This document shows, piece after piece, positions 48,849 through 61,825 of a stretch of 64,000 nucleotides of DNA. The stretch lies in the NCBI GenBank assembly GCA_043228905.1, contig JBHGNT010000004.1, positions 11,098,001 through 11,162,000 on the forward strand. The letters are read 5' to 3'. Positions within the stretch are counted from its first letter, which is position 1; the number at the start of each line of letters is the position of its first letter. Source of the stretch: Azolla caroliniana. Taxonomy: Eukaryota > Plantae > Polypodiophyta. Both the position numbers and the translations under genes were made by a program. The notes beneath the pieces are model-generated. The model saw only the letters and a list, made by a program, of their open reading frames with translations. It ran no database searches and was not told the DNA's origin.

Positions 48849-51800
48849 CTTTGGGGCGTCAACTAGGTCCCAAGTCTCATTCTGTGCCCATGCTCGCATC
48901 TCTTCTTCCATGGCTTTCCGCCAATTGGTGTCCTTAGCTACTTCTACGTAGCTCTTTGGCTCACGCACTTCCCCCACCTTCGCCATATACGCATAATGAT
49001 GCACCATATAGTCATTGTACCCATACTGAATTACGGGGTTCTTTTGGCGGGTGGATCGACACAACTTCTGATTTGCCGATTTAATGGCCCTCTTGGCTGA
49101 TTCCAACCTTGCTTCTTGAGTTCGTCTTCGTCCTGGATGTATCGGATTCGCTCAGATCCGATGCACTGGCCTCTATGCCGTATTTTGGCATCTTCATCTT
49201 CCCCTTCTCCTTGTGCATAAACCGTCTCCTCGGTTTTTGGCGCGGGGATTGCACGGTTGAGTCTCCACTACTCGTTGGCTCACCATCCGATTGGCCGTTC
49301 CAACTCAGTCCCTCATTCGGTCCACTTAACCGACATGAGATTGATCATCAGACTCTCTTCTAGAGCTCCGATTTCTCCTATATCCAGGGGCACCTCGGCC
49401 TCACTAGTGTCATCCTCAAAATTCGGAATGGAGTTAGTGGGAGTTGGAGATGGAGGCAAGTACCAAGAAATCGACTTGTCGAATACGACATCTGAGCTTA
49501 CTCGGACCTCTTTCATTTGGGGGTTATAACATTTATAACCCTTTTTCTCATCCGAGTAGCCGACCAAGATACACTTCTCGGCTTTGGCATTTAACTTCCT
49601 TTTCTTCTCTTTCGGCACATGCACATATGCTATGCTTCCGAACACCCTCAAGTGTGCCAAGTTCGGCTTCTTCCCAAAGTATAGCTTGTGTGGCGACACT
49701 CCTCCATTTGCAGAAATCTGATTTTGTAGGTACACGACTGTTCTGACCGCATCAGCCCAGTAGAACTTCAACATATGCTTCTCCTCAAGCATTGTCTGTG
49801 CCGCTTCCTCAATGGTTTGATTCTTCCGTTCGGCCACACCGTTCTACTATGGCGTGTATGTACAGGAAAATTCATGTCGAATTCCCTCCTTCTGTAGGTA
49901 ACTCGAGTACTTCTCGGAAAAGAAATCCTTTTCGCCATCGATCCTGAGGCAGTTGATCTTCCAACATGTTTCCCATTCGGCAGGGCTCTTCACCTTCAAG
50001 AAACAAGAAAAGACTTCGCTCTTCGTCTTAATCAAACATGCCCAGGTATACCAAGTGAAGTCATCGATGATGGTCACGAAATATCGGCTCCCTCCGATGC
50101 TCGAGTTTTGTGCCAATCCCCAAACATCCGAATGGATTAAATCGAGCTTATTTCGTCTCCGATTATGCTCATTGGGGAATGGAAGTCGGTGATGCTTCAC
50201 TAACTGGCAAGCTTCATAGACCTACCCCTTTCAGCCACAGAATTTCGACAAGACGAAAACGATTTTCTTCATCTACATTTCCCGAAGCCATGGTAAATTG
50301 ACGTGGCCGAACCGCTTGTGTCATAAGCTGATGTCCGATTCCATCTTCTACCCTTTGGCGAACATAGCGGTGCCTACGTCGTTCATTTCGGGGATAACAA
50401 TCCTCCCTTCTCTGCGCCCTTCTGCAATGATTTTGCCTTCTTCAATGAAGCACCCAAGATGAGTAAATCGAAATTGCATGCCCTGGTCGACTATCTGTCT
50501 GACCGACACCAAGTTCTTGGTGATTGTCAGCACATGCAAGAGATTCCTCATTATCCCTTTTTGGCTGACGTGGCTCAATGAGACATCTCTGATATGTTCG
50601 ATGGGGTGAGGGGTGTCATCGCCAATTTCGACGACCCATGGCTGTTCCGGCCTCTCCAGAGTCGAGAACCACTCCTTGTGATTCGTCATGTGATTCAATG
50701 CACCTGAATCCACATATCACACCTCGTTCAATCTTGAGGTGTTCACTGCCATCGAGTTGTCTTTGTGCTTCATTACAAAGGTTGGGCCCGTTCCGCTCAC
50801 CCTGAACCTTCGGCGTAATGCGATCTTTGACGCCTATCTGCGTCTCCTCGGCTTGGTCCGAATCGGCGCGCTTCTTCCAGCACTCGCTTTCTATGTGGCA
50901 CTTTCGGCCACAATACCAGCATTTGGTTGTGGCTTTCCCTTGTTGACTTTCGGCACCACCTTGACTCTCCCTACTCGTGGAGGGTGTCCAGAACTGTTAT
51001 TGACATTTCGATTATGCCTCAAGTTCTGCTCATGTCGGCCGCCTCTATTGCGTGCCGACCCGCCTCGTCCACCACGACCACGGGACCGATCCGCCTCCGT
51101 GTACAACATCTTGTTGTCGGTGTGCGTGCTTGTCGATGCACCTAAGTGGTCTTCTTCTACGAGCAACATCGATTGTAGCTCGAAAAACGAAGGCTTATTC
51201 TCCCTCATGCAGGTCACCGTTCCGAATGCTCCGAACTTTGATACCAACCCTAGACGTGCACCATCTCATCCTCCTCGACGGTCACATTGATGGAGGCAAG
51301 GGATTCGCAGATCTCCTTGATCTTGGAGGTGTAATCAGCCATCGACATCTCTCTCTATCGGACGTTGCTCACCTCCTGTCTGAGTTGTAGCTTTCTAGTT
51401 GTGTTGCTTCTGGCAAAAATCTTCTTCAAATTTCCCCAAGCATCCTTTGGCATTTGGGTGTCCTGGATATAGCTCAGTAGTTGATCGCTCACGCACAATG
51501 TGAAGTAGTAAAGAACCTTGCCTATCGCTTGTTCCCAAGACGGGAAATCTCTGTGTCGAATCTGATGTTGCTTCATTTGCTCCTTCCACGGAACTCCAGT
51601 ATCCATGCCCAAGTAGGTAATGGTGCATCTTGTAAGATCGGGATGTGTAGTTGCTCCTGTCAAGCTTTTCTGTCGGAAGCAAGTTTCTCATACCTCCATC
51701 CATGTTCCTATCTTTTCTTTTCTGGAAGATGAAAAAAAACTTGTCTCAGTCTTGTTTGCTTGCTTTTCAGTCGGCCATAGAAGATTCTCAACCCTCGCAC

Positions 51801-51900
51801 TCTGATACCATGTAAAAAGTACACGTGCGGAAGCGTAAGCGAAAGACACTGAGTACACAATCGGTTATTCGAGAACTCGACACTTACATAAACACAGAGA

Positions 51901-51960
<60 letters not shown>

Positions 51961-52241
51961 CAGACAACAGAAAAAATAGATTAGCACAATCACTCTATAC
52001 TCGATACATCGAATGTGCTCAGAGAGCACTTTATATACAAGCCCTGATGAGTGGACTGATACAAGTACTGACAAGTACTTGAATGCTCATTAATTGAGCC
52101 AGACACTAACTCTGCCTATGATATTCCTATTTACTGAAATAAGAATATAGGCACGTAAAAGCCAGCCGATTTGGTTTACCAACCAATTCGTCTTTCGGCT
52201 TATTCCGCCGATTCGGCCCATGTTGAGCTTGTCTCTCAACA
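48849..52241 (-). mobile_element. 5' half of a degenerate Ty1/copia element (outermost layer of the nest)
   Basis: 5' LTR 51811-52241 (TGTTGAGAGACAAGCTCAAC), PBS ending 51810, gag/PR/INT fragments and RT start (ETWDLVDAPK) cut by H's LTR; related to the 12929-20044 family. Confidence 0.9.
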
Positions 52242-54065
52242 ACGATGCATTTGTGAACTGAATGACATTAAATGTACTTTAGTAGATGCATGAGTCATGA
52301 CCCCATGGAGTTGTATTAAGCTAAGCAAATACGTTCATGCATTTGGCCACATTCTTTCACAAATGGAGAGGGGTAGTTTGATTATATAATTAATTATGGT
52401 AAGTGAGAGTATGGTTCTTTGTTTGAAGCAAATGGGTTCATGTATTTTACCACATTCTTTTCTTGATGGAGGGAGGTAATTTGATTATATAATTTATCAT
52501 TATTATTGAGAGCATATTTCTTAGTTTGGTGACGGTACCTTGGTCTAGACTATATATATTCAGAAACTTAAATAACAACTTATTTGGGAGCATATTTCTT
52601 GTGTTAGTGTACCTTGATGGTGAAGAGAAATCTTAGTATCACGGTTCACCCTATAACATTAACTTTGTGAATGACACCTCACAGTAATTACTGCATTTGA
52701 AATGATAATCTAGCTGTATGATGCTGGTACAAGTTATAGGCCTGCGAATGTATGAATTCATCCTATTGAGTTGTTCTTACTAGTATGGAGATGAATCTTG
52801 TTTTTCTAATATTTAGAAAAGAGGCACATATGAAATTCCCTCATCATTTAATTCTTGTTATCTGGCACAAGTTTTCTTTAGCTGCATACGAGGAAACATA
52901 TTTGCAACAGATAATAGGATTTAGGAAACTTCCTGATGCCTAGCTTGTTTCAGAGGTGTGGACTCCATTATAATGCCACTAGAGAAAGGCAAGGGAGCTT
53001 TGGACGGTTAATGGTCAAAGCTTGCCAGATCATTTAGCAGCATATGTATATAATCATATATAATCATATAAACTAGATAGTCTCAACATTCTAATGACAG
53101 AAAATACAAAGAGACAGGATTGAAAATTGTATGGGCATCAAGAAGTAGAAATAATCCACTGTCATGTTCCAGGAAAAGTAGTGTTTCTACCTCAGGCAGA
53201 AATGCATCCACCGGCGATGCACCCATCTAGATTGATAACCTTCACCAATAACCTTCTGCCTTTTTGTACTAAAATCACATTCCACATGAAACTCTTGGAC
53301 TGGTTTTAAGTTTAGTTAGATCAATCAATAATAAGACTAACACAATCATCAGGTCAGCCTATTAGTTGCTTTGAATTAATCTCTATTCACCAGGATTGTG
53401 GAGAGTGAAGATATGGTTGTAAAAACTTGATATATAAGGAATACTATTCAAGAATCTTTACAATGATTATGTACACATGTCACAATTTATTTCAATCTTG
53501 AAATATGTACACATGTCAAATGTGCACATGCAATATCATTGTCTTCAATCATTTTTTCATCACTTCACCCCATTAATCTAGTTGGCGAAAACCTTGAGTT
53601 ATAACTACTATTGGATAATTTTTATAATGTAATGATGAATCTCACATATTCAAACCATTTGAATTAGCTTAAAGCTTAAGAGAAGGTACGAAGCTAAAAT
53701 GTACATGTTCTTATAACCACACTGAGGTAAATACTTATTTATGTCCATAAAAACAAGCGCCGAGGATTGTGTTTATTATCCCAAGGATTCAGAATCTTTA
53801 TTATCCCATGGATCCAGATTCTGACCGAAAACAATGGAAGCAGCATCATCATCATTATTACTATTATTGTGTTTAATTGACACATTAAGCTATCAAGAGG
53901 GAGGGATGGCTTACAAGTGCTACAAAGCAATTTGCTTAGCACATAGAAAGAATGAAATTAACTCATTTCTGTAAATAATAAGTGGAGATTTCTGAAGGGG
54001 GAAGGGTTAAGAATACCTTTGTCTTTTATCATGCAACTATCCAAAGAAAGATTTGTAACTCGACC

Positions 54066-55664
54066 TTAGCCTTTTTTTAATCTTGGGCTATTTAAAAAGG
54101 TTTGCCTTTCAACTTTACCTAGAAGCCGATTACTGCTGATCCCAGACCCAACGGCAGGTGGCACATATCTACCCGACTTTGCTTTCCAATATATTTCGAA
54201 GTCTGAATCATAAGTTGAGACACACTTCCCATACCTATTAATGTTCCCAACACCTTGTTCAGACAAAGCCTTAAGCATCGGGGAAGGCTCAGACCCTTCA
54301 TATACAAGGATACCGGGACCTTGAGCATGTTCATACCGAACCAATTGAAAAGCAGCATGTCCCGCTACCACTACCATTTCTTTAGGACATTGCCTACCTC
54401 TCCAAATGTATAGTACATTCATAGCTCGAATCAAGAAAACCCCTCTTGAATCTAACGCTTCTATGCAAGGTTTTGCCACCACCTTCGGAACCAAATATAA
54501 TGGATCATATGGAGAATGTGGCGCAATTCGATAAAGTTGAGTTTGAGTAGGTTTGTTTGCGCAAGAAACGCTAAAAATCCTGCTTTCCCATTGCATCAAT
54601 TGGGCAGCGAAACCCATGTTAGGGCTAACAACATCACGTTTACTCTTGATTTCATAGAATGCATCTTCAAACGACTCATGTTTTCTCCACATAAGGTAAG
54701 CAATGGCAAGGCTAGGTGCACGAGACACTCCTTGACTACAGTGTAAGAACACACGGCCTCCTGTTTGCTCTCTCGCATGTTCAATATAATCTATCACATC
54801 AAAAAAGACACACATTAGATCTTCACTAGGGCTATCATGAAGCCACAAAGTCTTGTAGATGAAGTCGTTGGGGTAGAACTCGGGGCAAACAAAACCAACA
54901 CAATTGATGATGTGGGTGATTCTACAATCATGTAATAGAGCTAGGTTCTGCGCTACCGTCTTGCTACCTACAAAGAGGTATGGAAGAATGCGGGAGCATT
55001 CCTTGTCACAAGCAACCATTCTTTCTCGCCTCTGCCAAAGCTCTGAGTCACCAGATTGTGGACCCCTGTTTTTCAGGTCATCGCCAACATTATCACCATC
55101 TTTATCACTTCCACCTGGGTCCCGCCAATCTCTGCTTACTGCTTCCAGATCTAATCGCATCCCTACATTGTTCCGGATCCTGTTGATCAGGCGGCTGCGA
55201 TTCGATTCAGGTTTCTTCTCATGAGAGTGCGACAGCGATGTCAAAGCTGGTGGCAGCAGTGCATCAGAATTATATCTGATTTCTTCTTCTTCTTCTTCTT
55301 CTGCCTCCCCTTCTCCTTTTCTGATATCTTCTGCTTCTGCCTTTAGGAGAGATGTGTCTTTCTTCTTCTTCTTCTTCTTCTTCTCCTTCTTTTTCTCCTC
55401 CTCCTCCTCTTCCTGTGATGTTTTTGATTGTGGATTCTTAACATCATAATATTCATCATCATCTCCTTGGAGAAGGCGATCTGCGAGGTGAGGAGGGAGA
55501 GCAGCAGCGCCAGACCAAGAAGAAGATCTGTTGTGGCGATGGAAGGTTCGGCGAGATGGAGTAGAAGGGGAAGGGAGGGAATGGATGATGCGGCTCTCTC
55601 TCTCACGTTCTCGCTCTCTTCTGATCTCTTCTTCTTCTGCTGCTGCTGCTGCTGCTGCTGCCAT
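54066..55664 (-). CDS. MKP1: MKP1-like dual-specificity MAP kinase phosphatase, ~532 aa, single long exon
   Basis: DKECSRI, HIINCVGFVCPE, LWLHDSPSED, LHCSQGVSR active site, SPNMGF, LYRIAPHSPYDPLYLVPK, gelsolin-like LDSRGVF...IWRG. Likely ATG at 55664; the upstream ORF extension is microsatellite. Confidence 0.88.
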   Translation of the reverse strand: MAAAAAAAAEEEEIRRERERERESRIIHSLPSPSTPSRRTFHRHNRSSSWSGAAALPPHLADRLLQGDDDEYYDVKNPQSKTSQEEEEEEKKKEKKKKKKKKDTSLLKAEAEDIRKGEGEAEEEEEEEIRYNSDALLPPALTSLSHSHEKKPESNRSRLINRIRNNVGMRLDLEAVSRDWRDPGGSDKDGDNVGDDLKNRGPQSGDSELWQRRERMVACDKECSRILPYLFVGSKTVAQNLALLHDCRITHIINCVGFVCPEFYPNDFIYKTLWLHDSPSEDLMCVFFDVIDYIEHAREQTGGRVFLHCSQGVSRAPSLAIAYLMWRKHESFEDAFYEIKSKRDVVSPNMGFAAQLMQWESRIFSVSCANKPTQTQLYRIAPHSPYDPLYLVPKVVAKPCIEALDSRGVFLIRAMNVLYIWRGRQCPKEMVVVAGHAAFQLVRYEHAQGPGILVYEGSEPSPMLKALSEQGVGNINRYGKCVSTYDSDFEIYWKAKSGRYVPPAVGSGISSNRLLGKVERQTFLNSPRLKKG

Positions 55665-55761
55665 AGCTGCATCAGAAGTCCATCGCGAAAAACCAAACCC
55701 TAATTTGTATGGGATGGATACTCCCTCCTCCCCTTCCCCCTTCCCTAGTGCGTGACAATGA

Positions 55762-55763
<2 letters not shown>

Positions 55764-55803
<40 letters not shown>

Positions 55804-55947
55804 AAGTCTCCTTTCCTCCCCCGCATACATACATACATACATACATACATTGCATACCATACATACACAATCATGTATGATGTATGTACATATGTATATG
55901 TATGTATGTATGTGTGTATGTACGTATGTATATGTATATGTATATCA

Positions 55948-56008
<61 letters not shown>

Positions 56009-56068
56009 TTATGTGTATGTATGTATTAATATGTATGTATGTATGTGTATGTACCTAGTGTATGTATG
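55764..56068. repeat. Compound microsatellite (GT)n, (ACAT)n, (TATG)n/(TATATG)n
   Basis: Directly visible upstream of MKP1. Confidence 0.95.
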
Positions 56069-58299
56069 ACCCAAATCCTAGACACGTGCCTGCCTTAATA
56101 TGTATGATGTTATATTCATATGGGCCATGCATTATATTTCTATGCATTTTGGGGCATCTAATGGGCATGTGCATGCATTGTCGTAGTGCAGTATGCACAT
56201 GTGCCGGTGATGCATGCATAGGTAGAAGATTTTGCATGTATAACAATGTGTTTATGTATGATATGGATAGATGTGTGGCGTGTGTGCATGGGACTCATTT
56301 GGTTGTCTCATTGTGTATGCATCTATGCTTGTGCGTGTGCATCAATGTATGCACACATGTGTATTGTATATGCGCCAATGCCCATATGTGTAGATGTTGT
56401 GCATGTGACACTTTGTTCGTCTTTAACTTTGTTGCTCTTATCTTTTGTGTCTTTGTCTTTGTCTCCATCTACATCTAGGTCTTTGCCTAGCTAGGGATGC
56501 TTTTAATGAAGAAACATGTTAACCTGCACAAATGACTAAATTGATCATTCATGCAAAATCCTATTCTAGAACTTTAACAATGTTAGCTCACCTATGATGA
56601 TCTTAAGCCATCATGCAATTGATAAAAGCATCCTATTCATTTTACTTTTTCATTTTTCATTGTATATTGATATAACATCACCGACCCATTTTCATCATGT
56701 TCATTAGCACTAGTAATACCATCCTATGTACCTCGATTGACATCTAATCAATGAAGTGTGCAACCAAAGAGTAAATGAAGTGTCGCTCAACAACATTGCT
56801 TTTTATATGCACCCTATTTCAAAGATGTTTTGGTGATGTGGAGGATTAAGTAGTTGGATTGAGATCATAATGTACAATATTTTGTAAAGTTTCATGATGT
56901 AAAACTACACTTATTGATTATACACAACATCGCTCATTGCTTAGACTTGAACCCGTATCGGTAATGTTGCAAAAGACAAGAACATTATCATTAATGTTGC
57001 TTAGACTTTCGATGTTAATTGAGATTGCCATCTCACCTCAATCACATGATGATATGTGGGAATTGCAACTGCCGTAGTGATTTAACTAACATACCTCTTT
57101 GTGGCTTTGGCATTTATATGTTTAAAGAAGAATTGTAAAATGCATGTTCACAAATGGCTGGTTTGAAGTAATAAAGGATTGCTTTGGTGCACTTGAGAGC
57201 TTAACTTGTGGGAAACTCATTTTCCCTCAATGGAGGAACTTTGGGGCTATTTGTTGACCATTTGGAATGATGTGCAATTCAACTTGTGCTTTTGAGTGAT
57301 CATGGCTCTACCATCGAGTGATGGTCTTCAAGGATTTTTCGGCCTAGAAATTGGAGCACCAAAAGTGAAATATTTCCCTATTTTGTCCACATGTTGAATC
57401 CCTAATTTAGGCATAGGGATCACGGTAAATTGGCGTTGGGTTCGAAACTAAATTGATCTTAGCTATGGTCAATTTAGCCATGAGCTTGAAGGGACTCTCT
57501 AAAGACAACCAGCAACAAATAGTTGCTTGTCAACAAAGGGTATTAGCCTTCAGGGCAAAGAAGTACAAAAGAAGCAAGCAACGGGGCTATTGTTCATTGA
57601 TGTAACATGTGTAATCAATGCTACTTGGTATATTTGTCCCGAACAACTACCAAATCTTGAGACAAAGCCTAGGTTTCACACTTAACCACCAGTCCCCAAA
57701 ATACCCCCATTGCTCATAACATATAAAGATATTTTAATAACCCTCCCCCCCCCCCCCCCCTTAACCATACACACATGTGCACAAATGTATGCACATACCT
57801 ACACACACATCGTATAACTACAATTACACAAACACATTCACGTAAATGAAAAATATACATTAAAAACCTACACACTCTTATTTAGAGTGAGCACAAACAT
57901 ACATGAACATATATACACACATTAATTGAGGTTAACGCTTATTATTACACACATTTGCACCTACATGACGACTCACAAATATTTAATTATGGAGGCATAA
58001 TCACACACAAAAGCATGTACATTGGTCGTTACATACACATACACATGAGATTGCACATGCACACAACCACCCCCCTTATATTATTAACATTCAAGTGGAA
58101 AACGTGAAAGTGTGCACACACACCTTAATAACAAAACACGTACACAATTTACACAAACACTAACTACTATATATATATACACACATTAACACACACTCTC
58201 ACGACTACATACAACATAAAGAATCTTACGACTACATACAACATAAAGAAGAGACATACACGAAAAGCTTGAACCAAAGAGAAGATATTTTCAAGATGC

Positions 58300-59655
58300 A
58301 CGAACAAGTGCCAACTTATTTGTTTTGAATCTCGCAAACATTCATCGATATTGCCACCAACCTCATCTTCCTTGGTTTAGGACTTTGGTAGACTTACTCT
58401 ACATTTCACATGCACATGAGAATTTAAGTGACATCTTTGAGAAAAAGTTGTTGCAATTCAAGGGATTATGGTTTATTAGAATACTTATTGTTATTGTGCA
58501 AATTCACCACTGAAAGTATCGTCCAAATATTAAAAGTTTCTTTTAATAAAAGATATCCATTCATTAACATAAGCAATTTACAGAGTTTCGATTCTTAAGT
58601 GATCGTCGGAGGGAACAACCATCTTGGTGGCTGAAAGTGCCAAAAAGGATTTCCATCCTTCGAGGACATAAGTGGAGTAACTTTATACAAAGTAAGAAAC
58701 TAATGATGTTAAGAAATTTTATCTTTAGAATCTCCAATAATATAATCCCATTATCCCTTTAAAGTATGAACCATGTCCAACAAAATATTACTTACCAATT
58801 CAACTAGTGAGGCTCAAACTTGATGAACAACGAGAGAGCAACAGGCCTTCAGGATGTAGTATACAATAGTACTACTCATTATCTCCCATAATGGTCAAAC
58901 CTCCTTCCTTCTACCTAAAAATTGCATGGACACTAATGGAAGTACTCAACGCACAAGTAACCACTACATATGAAATATTTGCCATGATTGTTTTCTTCCC
59001 CATAGGTTAACTCAAAATTTAGCAAGAAACTTCAGAGTAATACCATGTTGACTCCAATACAAAAATGCAGTTGGTAAAACATCAAGTTCGATATTAGCCT
59101 TTGTCTTAATTATTCATCATAATGAGTAGGGTAGTTTTATTGCGGAGCAATCCATGTAAGACTTGCTTCCATGCAAAAAAATAGTTCGAATAAATTTGTC
59201 CTCCCATCCATGAGATGATGGTATTCAGAAATTTTCTCTAAATATCCAACCTACATCCTTCGACTAGGGTGCACCTAAACGAGAAGAGCATTTAGAACAA
59301 CGATTGAGCAACAATACTTTCCATACCTTTTAGCTGGGATTAAATCCTCTAATAATCAATTTAGTTAACAATGTTTTGGTTTGGTCTATTAGATCAGTAA
59401 TACCTAATCCTCCTTTGAAACAAGGTAAGGTGATTACATCCGTTTAACTTTAGATCCAACACGACCCTCAATTTTTCCAGATCACAAGAATATTCAAATC
59501 AATCTCCATATTTGCAAGATGCATGATTTGGAAAAGATCCAACAAGGCAAAACATACCATGTTGTTGCCAATAAAACTCGGTTGGCAACTATAATTTGAC
59601 CTACGAAAGACAACTTGGTTGAACTCCATAATAACAACTTTTTCCTTTATTGACA
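58300..59655 (-). mobile_element. Degenerate LINE ORF2 fragment (post-RT region)
   Basis: Minus strand DVITLPCFKGGLGITDLIDQTKTLLTKLIIRG at ~59340-59440, typical of plant L1-like ORF2; boundaries approximate. Confidence 0.7.
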
Positions 59656-59666
59656 TAAGAGGGGTG

Positions 59667-61290
59667 TGTCGAATACGGCCTTCTAATGGACGTATTCACA
59701 CTGTTCCATTTGGACATACTAGATTTTATGCAATTTATATAAATAGTGGAAAGGGTAGTTGCCTTAAGTCAGTTGGTATTTAAACTGAATCTTGTAACCT
59801 AGTTTTAAGATTGGTTTTGGTTGTTCATTTCTTTTGAATAATACCATTACATTGTCTTGTACCGAACTTTGTTGTCTTCTCTTTGTACATGCTCATTGAT
59901 ATTGCCTTATGACTCAGTTGTCTCATGTTCACAATTTGTTTCCTCGTATTCTCTGAAGATCTTCATCTCCAAGAGAGTTGGTTTTGTTCTGCATCTTGAT
60001 GGTTGGATCTAACATCTGGTACCAGAGCTTGGTGTTTCTTGATTCTGCAACCGATCGTCTTCTTGTCTTCATCAACATCTCTTTTCTTGGCAACCCTTGA
60101 AGGTCCTCCAACGATATTTGCTTGATAGAATAGATTTAAGATTTCAGTTCGATTGAAATCTTTTGGCCAACACCTCTCTACAAGATCTTTTTTGCTTTAG
60201 AAGAAACAACCACAGGTCTGCACTTCATTGTGTTAAATCACCTATAGAGTAGGCCAACCGGCCACTCTTTGTCTTCATGATTGTAACCGCTCGAAGTGAG
60301 ACTCCAAATCGAACGGCCACTCTCGTGCTCTATTCGGTTAGACAACAATTGATCAGGCCATTCGGCACTGTTCATCTGCTTGTCGTAACCATCCGGAGTA
60401 GATTAGGCCCCAGGAACAACCCCCATCTATGCTTCATTCGACTAGACAACATTCGGAAAGACCAGTCAGATTTGTTCCTTTTGTCATTATAGCCACCCGA
60501 AGCAGGATCGGCTTGGAAAACGGCACAAAGACACATAATATGCGATTGGTCTAAGAAATCAACAATCGAATTCAGATCGATAGTTAACTAAGCTCAACTT
60601 GGCTAGGGGACATTCGGGAAGACCAATTGGCTCAGTCCCTCCAATCACAATAGCCAATATGAGCAAGCTTTGTACCCAACTATCATCCGAAATCTAATCG
60701 GCTAACCAATTAGCGCTTTCGTGTCCAACTCGGCTAAGTTGATCGACCATAGCCACTTTGGGCAGAGCCCGCCAATAGTCGAAGTTGATTAGACTCACAT
60801 CCAAATTCGACTAAGAACGATATCGGGTGAGCCAGTTGATTGCACTCCACCATTGTTTGTCGTCAACTCCAGACAGAGCCTAGTAAACTAACACAAAATG
60901 GCATCAACATTCAACTCATCAGAGATGAGTCTAAGGAAGTTCTACGGATCGAACTTCAACTTTTAGAAGGAGCAGATGTAGGACTATTTGATAGTCAAGG
61001 GTCAGATTGACCCAATTGAGACAGAAAATGCTCCACAAGGATACAAGCCGAATGAGCGGACAAAGCTAGAAAAAATTGTCCTCGAGCCACCATTCGGATG
61101 CATTTGTCAGAGTTAGTGTACTTCACAGTGCAATCGTGTTCGACTGCCTTCCAACTATGGAAGACACTCTCAGACACCTATGAAAAGAAGGTCGCCGCCA
61201 CAAAGATATATTTGATTAGGGGCCTTTACAACCTTTCGATGAAAGAATCAGACTCGGTCAAGGCACACCTCAATGAGTACAAAAGCCTAA
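59667..61290 (+). mobile_element. Truncated copia element of family H (5' LTR, PBS, leader, gag start)
   Basis: LTR 59667-60014, PBS TGGTACCAGAGC 60017-60028, gag from ATG 60898 (MHLSELVYFTVQSCSTAFQLWKTL) homologous to H. Confidence 0.85.
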
Positions 61291-61822
61291 TGTTGAGCGA
61301 GCAAGCTCAATTGGATCCGAATCGGTATCCGGATACAACCGGCCGGATCGGTGAGCCAGATCGGAGAGCTAGATTCGAGCGGGAACCAGAAACCTAGTAC
61401 TAGCCTAGACTACTAGGTAATCATTGTCTTGTAGTTAGTGTCAGTCGCTCGTATGAGCATTGAAGTACTTGTTATTACTTCTGCCAGTCCTTTATGGACT
61501 TTGTATAAATAATGTTGTTATAGCACATTGTATGTACACAGAGTTTTATAGTTATTTTGAATTGAATTTATGTTCTGCTCTCTCTCTCTCTCTCTCACTT
61601 GCGTATACTCTCTATGTATTAAGCTTCTCCATTAAACCTCTTATTCTCTGTTGCTATCCGGTTGAGCCGGTTCTGTTTAACGCTTCCGCACGTTAACATC
61701 GACATGGTATCTGAGTGCGAGGGTTGAGAACCTCTGCAGCTGACACTTGCTTTCGTAGACGAATCTGGAACCCGATAACAATGGACAGAGAGAAGATATG
61801 GACAGAGGAATGGCTCAGAATT
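61291..61822 (+). mobile_element. 5' LTR, PBS and gag start of a copia related to 12929-20044
   Basis: LTR 61291-61704 (TGTTGAGCGAGCAAGCTCAA...GACA), PBS TGGTATCTGAG at 61705, then cut off. Confidence 0.88.
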
Positions 61823-61825
61823 GGG

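Noticed and set aside
55665-56494. ORFs upstream of MKP1
   Set aside because: Microsatellite translations.
56500-58300. Unassigned AT/AC-rich region with poly-C and a short direct repeat at 58201-58250
   Set aside because: No ends, TSD or coding motif that I can support.
59656-59666. PPT before LTR 59667 implying a tandem element
   Set aside because: Upstream sequence is LINE-like, not copia RNase H; a short purine run is likely chance.
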